DNA of 64,000 nt, taken from the human T2T-CHM13v2.0 reference genome, Homo sapiens. The stretch lies in assembly GCF_009914755.1 (NCBI RefSeq), contig NC_060935.1; one strand, written 5' to 3'. The translations under genes and the position numbers were made by a program. Positions 59,721-64,000 of the stretch are shown here, in pieces (the first letter of the stretch is position 1; each line of letters begins with the position of its first letter). The notes under the pieces were generated by a model that worked only from the letters and a program-made list of their open reading frames with translations, was not told where the DNA came from and ran no database searches.

Positions 59721-61689
59721 GCCTTTCAAGGTCACCTATATTATGACCCCAACCTACCATAACCGTTTACAGTTTTATCTGTACACATGCTTCTCTTCAC
59801 CTCTTCCCAACTGCTATGATTCCCCCAAGTATTCTGGGCATTTAAATATATCTCTATGCTTTCTACTTGATGCTGTCTCAACCCCATCACCCTTTTCTCC
59901 ACCTGAGGAAATTAATCATCCCTAGGAGTCCTCCCCGCCAACCCAACCCTTACCACCAGGCAGGGCTAGATGCTGCCTATGTTTTCCCTCTGTGATCACA
60001 GTATATAATAACAATAATAATAATAATTATTATTATTATTATTATTTTTGCCCTTAGACTGTATGGGGGCTCTTCCAGGGCAGTAAAAATGCTTCTTTAT
60101 GTTTCTTCTTAGTGCCTACCCCAGCACCTGGCACTTGGTCGCCAAAAATTATCTTTCAGTGTGCTGTAGTCATCAAAATCCAGCTCCCCCAGTGACCAAC
60201 TGGCCTTAAGCAAAATTACCAAAACCAGTCTCCTCTTCCTTAAAATAGAAATGAACACGCTTTCCTTCTTGAATAGTCCTAAGAATTAAATAAAGTAATT
60301 CATCCAAATTGCTTCAGCGCAATGATAAATAGTATGGGCTCAATAAAGGATATCCATGATTAACTTAGCTCCTATATTCTGATTCTTGGTAACCTGTAGA
60401 AGGAAGTAAATAGTCCTTTGAAGCTAGCAGTGTGGTTTCTATTTTGATGAGAAAAGTTTGTATTTAATAGCATAATCTTAATAGAAGTGTGAAAAAATGG
60501 GTGTAAAAAATTACCTGAGGCAAGGTAACACTTGCTTGGAAATGGTTTTACTAAAAAGGCACCAAGTCATATTTTTTAAGTAAATTCATTATGTAACTTG
60601 GTAGCCTTCAGCAAAATGGGTGAGAAAAATATTACATTACAATCTATTTTGAGAGGTATTCATAATAATGTTTATATATCAATACCTAATTACAGGAAGA
60701 TAAGAAAATATAACTACCTTTGAGAACTTTTTTAAGAACTTTACATATATATATATCATGTTTTTATAACTATTCTTACAAAATGTAGGTATTACTACAA
60801 AAATGCTGCAAGCATACATATACACGTTCAGCTTAGATTTTTTTAAAAAAGGAAAATCTTAATTACAAAAAATATGCTAATAGAAACAAAACAATTTCTG
60901 AGTTACTCTATAGATCACGTCTGCTATGATTTGTTACCCCAAATTGTCTAATTGTCTATTAGCATATCGTGCAATATTAAATTAAGCTACTGATATTTGC
61001 ATTATTGCACATCTAAATCCTCTTTTTAAAGAGAAAACCAAAAAATGGAATATTATCTAAGCTTGCAGAAAAAATAAAAGTTGTTTTGTATAACTTATTT
61101 GAATCATATTGCTCATACAGAATAAAATTGACCTTCTTTGTTAAAGAACTTGATCTCAATCATTTTCCAAGCTAGCGCAAAATAAAATAAAGTCAGACAC
61201 TTTTTTTTTTCTGCAAAGCATTCATGCTATTATGCTGATACATGTTTGCTTACAATCTCAACTATGGGAGACTATAAGCCTAACTATCTACAATGGGTAA
61301 TTGTGCTAATTATTTTTCACAATGGCACATCTCACTGCACTTAGATTGACTTAAATCACAGAAGCTGCTAATTTAAAATCCTAACATAAATGAAGATATC
61401 TGAGGTTGAGAATTAATAACTTATGGGTAGGAGAAGATACTACTAGTAAATTTAAGATTTCTAAGGCACAGAAGGAAATCTGGCAAATCTTGTGTATTCT
61501 AGGTGTAGAAATGAAAATTAATAATGGCTTTACAATAATAACAACAATATCATAGTAAAGTAGCTTTTCTTTGAGTTGCCTTTTGTGCTTGAAAGTATAA
61601 TAAATGGGATATCATCTTTACTCTTGCCATAATGCTAAGACGCAAATATTTGAATTCTGAATTGCAGGCCAGAGGAAGCAGAAACTTCC

Positions 61690-62817
<1,128 letters not shown>

Positions 62818-64000
62818 CTAAGGGCTGACTACAGTCTTTTCCCCTCAGATTTCAAACGCTGCAGGGTGTTGCTAGGGACTCTTGGCACTCCCCAGCAGTT
62901 GGTTTTTCCAGTAAGGAGCCCTGTAATTGGTGGACAGGTCTTCAGAATGCTATGAAGTAACAACAGGGGAATCTGGGGGAGTCCAGAGCCAATCTGGTCG
63001 GGTTACTTTTGCCTTTCTAACCAATCACAGCTCTCAGTTGTCAACTGTCTCAGTGTCTGGCCTGTACAGCACAGAGATGCCAACCCCACTCAATCTCCAG
63101 CCAGCATCAGGGGAGGAAGCCTGACTCCACCTAATTTCTGGTAGTAGTAAACAAATGAAGCAGGCAATGATATATTTATCCTCCCTCTCCCCTCTTCAGT
63201 TATCGTTTGAATAAATTACTGTTTGTGGAAACATGGTTGGCTCCTCAAAAAATTTCAGTCTATGAATACAAAGTAGTAGTGGTATTCTGAGAGCCAGGAC
63301 CCTAAAAGCCTGCATATCTGCACCCGTGATGTTTGGCACAGCTCCCTTTTGGTATTTAAGTATTAAAATAGAAAACACCAGTGAAATTTCTTTTGTTGTT
63401 CTTAGCATTGTCCCCACCTGGGCATAAATACTCTTTATTAGATATTTAACACCCCCTGTTTTTACCCATTAGCAAAATAAGGTTACAGAAAGAAGCTTAG
63501 TGAACCACACAGATAAACATTAAAACAGAAAAAATAAGATTCAAATGAAGCTTGCCATTATATGCCAAAGTCAACTCCTGATAGATTAGTTAAATGTAAA
63601 CAGAAACTAGAAGAAAATGAAGGTAAACATCAAATCTCTGGGGCTAGGAAGGATTTTTTTTTTATCTTAAACATTATGTAAGATCAGAAAGGGAAAGCTT
63701 ACTCAAAAAGTTATGTATAATTTTTTAAATTATGTGACTTCTGAGGTCTCTCCAGCCCCTTCTTCCACTGGATTTTCTTGACATTTTACTCCTCAAACCC
63801 AAATATTGAAGCCAAACCCAAATCCACTAACCAGCTCTCTCGCCCTATCTTTAGGTGTTCCTCTACTTGGAATGCCTTTCCTACTTTGTCCCTTGTCACT
63901 CTAGTAAAGCTTTTTATTCTTAGTTAAGAATCGTCTCTGAAGCCTATTCCTGGCCCCTACATGTCCAATTGGTCACTCACATCTTTTAGTGCATCCGCTA

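Noticed and set aside
58911-59760. Overlapping 76-123-aa ORFs at the orphan CpG island
   Set aside because: Expected in GC-rich DNA; Pro/Arg/Gly-rich with no recognisable homology

Overview
This is human genomic DNA, recognisable from its protein sequences as the 11q14.1 cluster DLG2 (5' end) - TMEM126B - TMEM126A - CREBZF - CCDC89. I reconstructed the full spliced CDS of TMEM126B (+, 5 exons, 230 aa) and TMEM126A (+, 4 coding exons, 195 aa) from GT-AG junctions. CREBZF (-, 354 aa) and CCDC89 (-, 374 aa) are single-exon ORFs. Two probable non-coding DLG2 exons lie head-to-head with TMEM126B. Much of the rest is Alu, L1, L2/MIR, LTR (MaLR/ERV) and DNA-transposon sequence, including a near full-length Tigger1. 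I found no CRISPR array, rRNA/tRNA gene or credible new protein-coding gene. The best leads are small-scale: (i) a 31-bp motif present three times around TMEM126A; (ii) a TMEM126A exon-1 ATG that is either a uORF or an in-frame N-terminal extension, depending on the splice donor used; (iii) an L1 3' transduction with intact TSDs in TMEM126B intron 2; (iv) transposon-derived candidate regulatory sites (AARE-like, CRE, poly(A) signals); (v) an orphan CpG-island promoter near 59.5 kb; and (vi) several templated-insertion footprints. Repeat subfamily names and boundaries are by eye and approximate.
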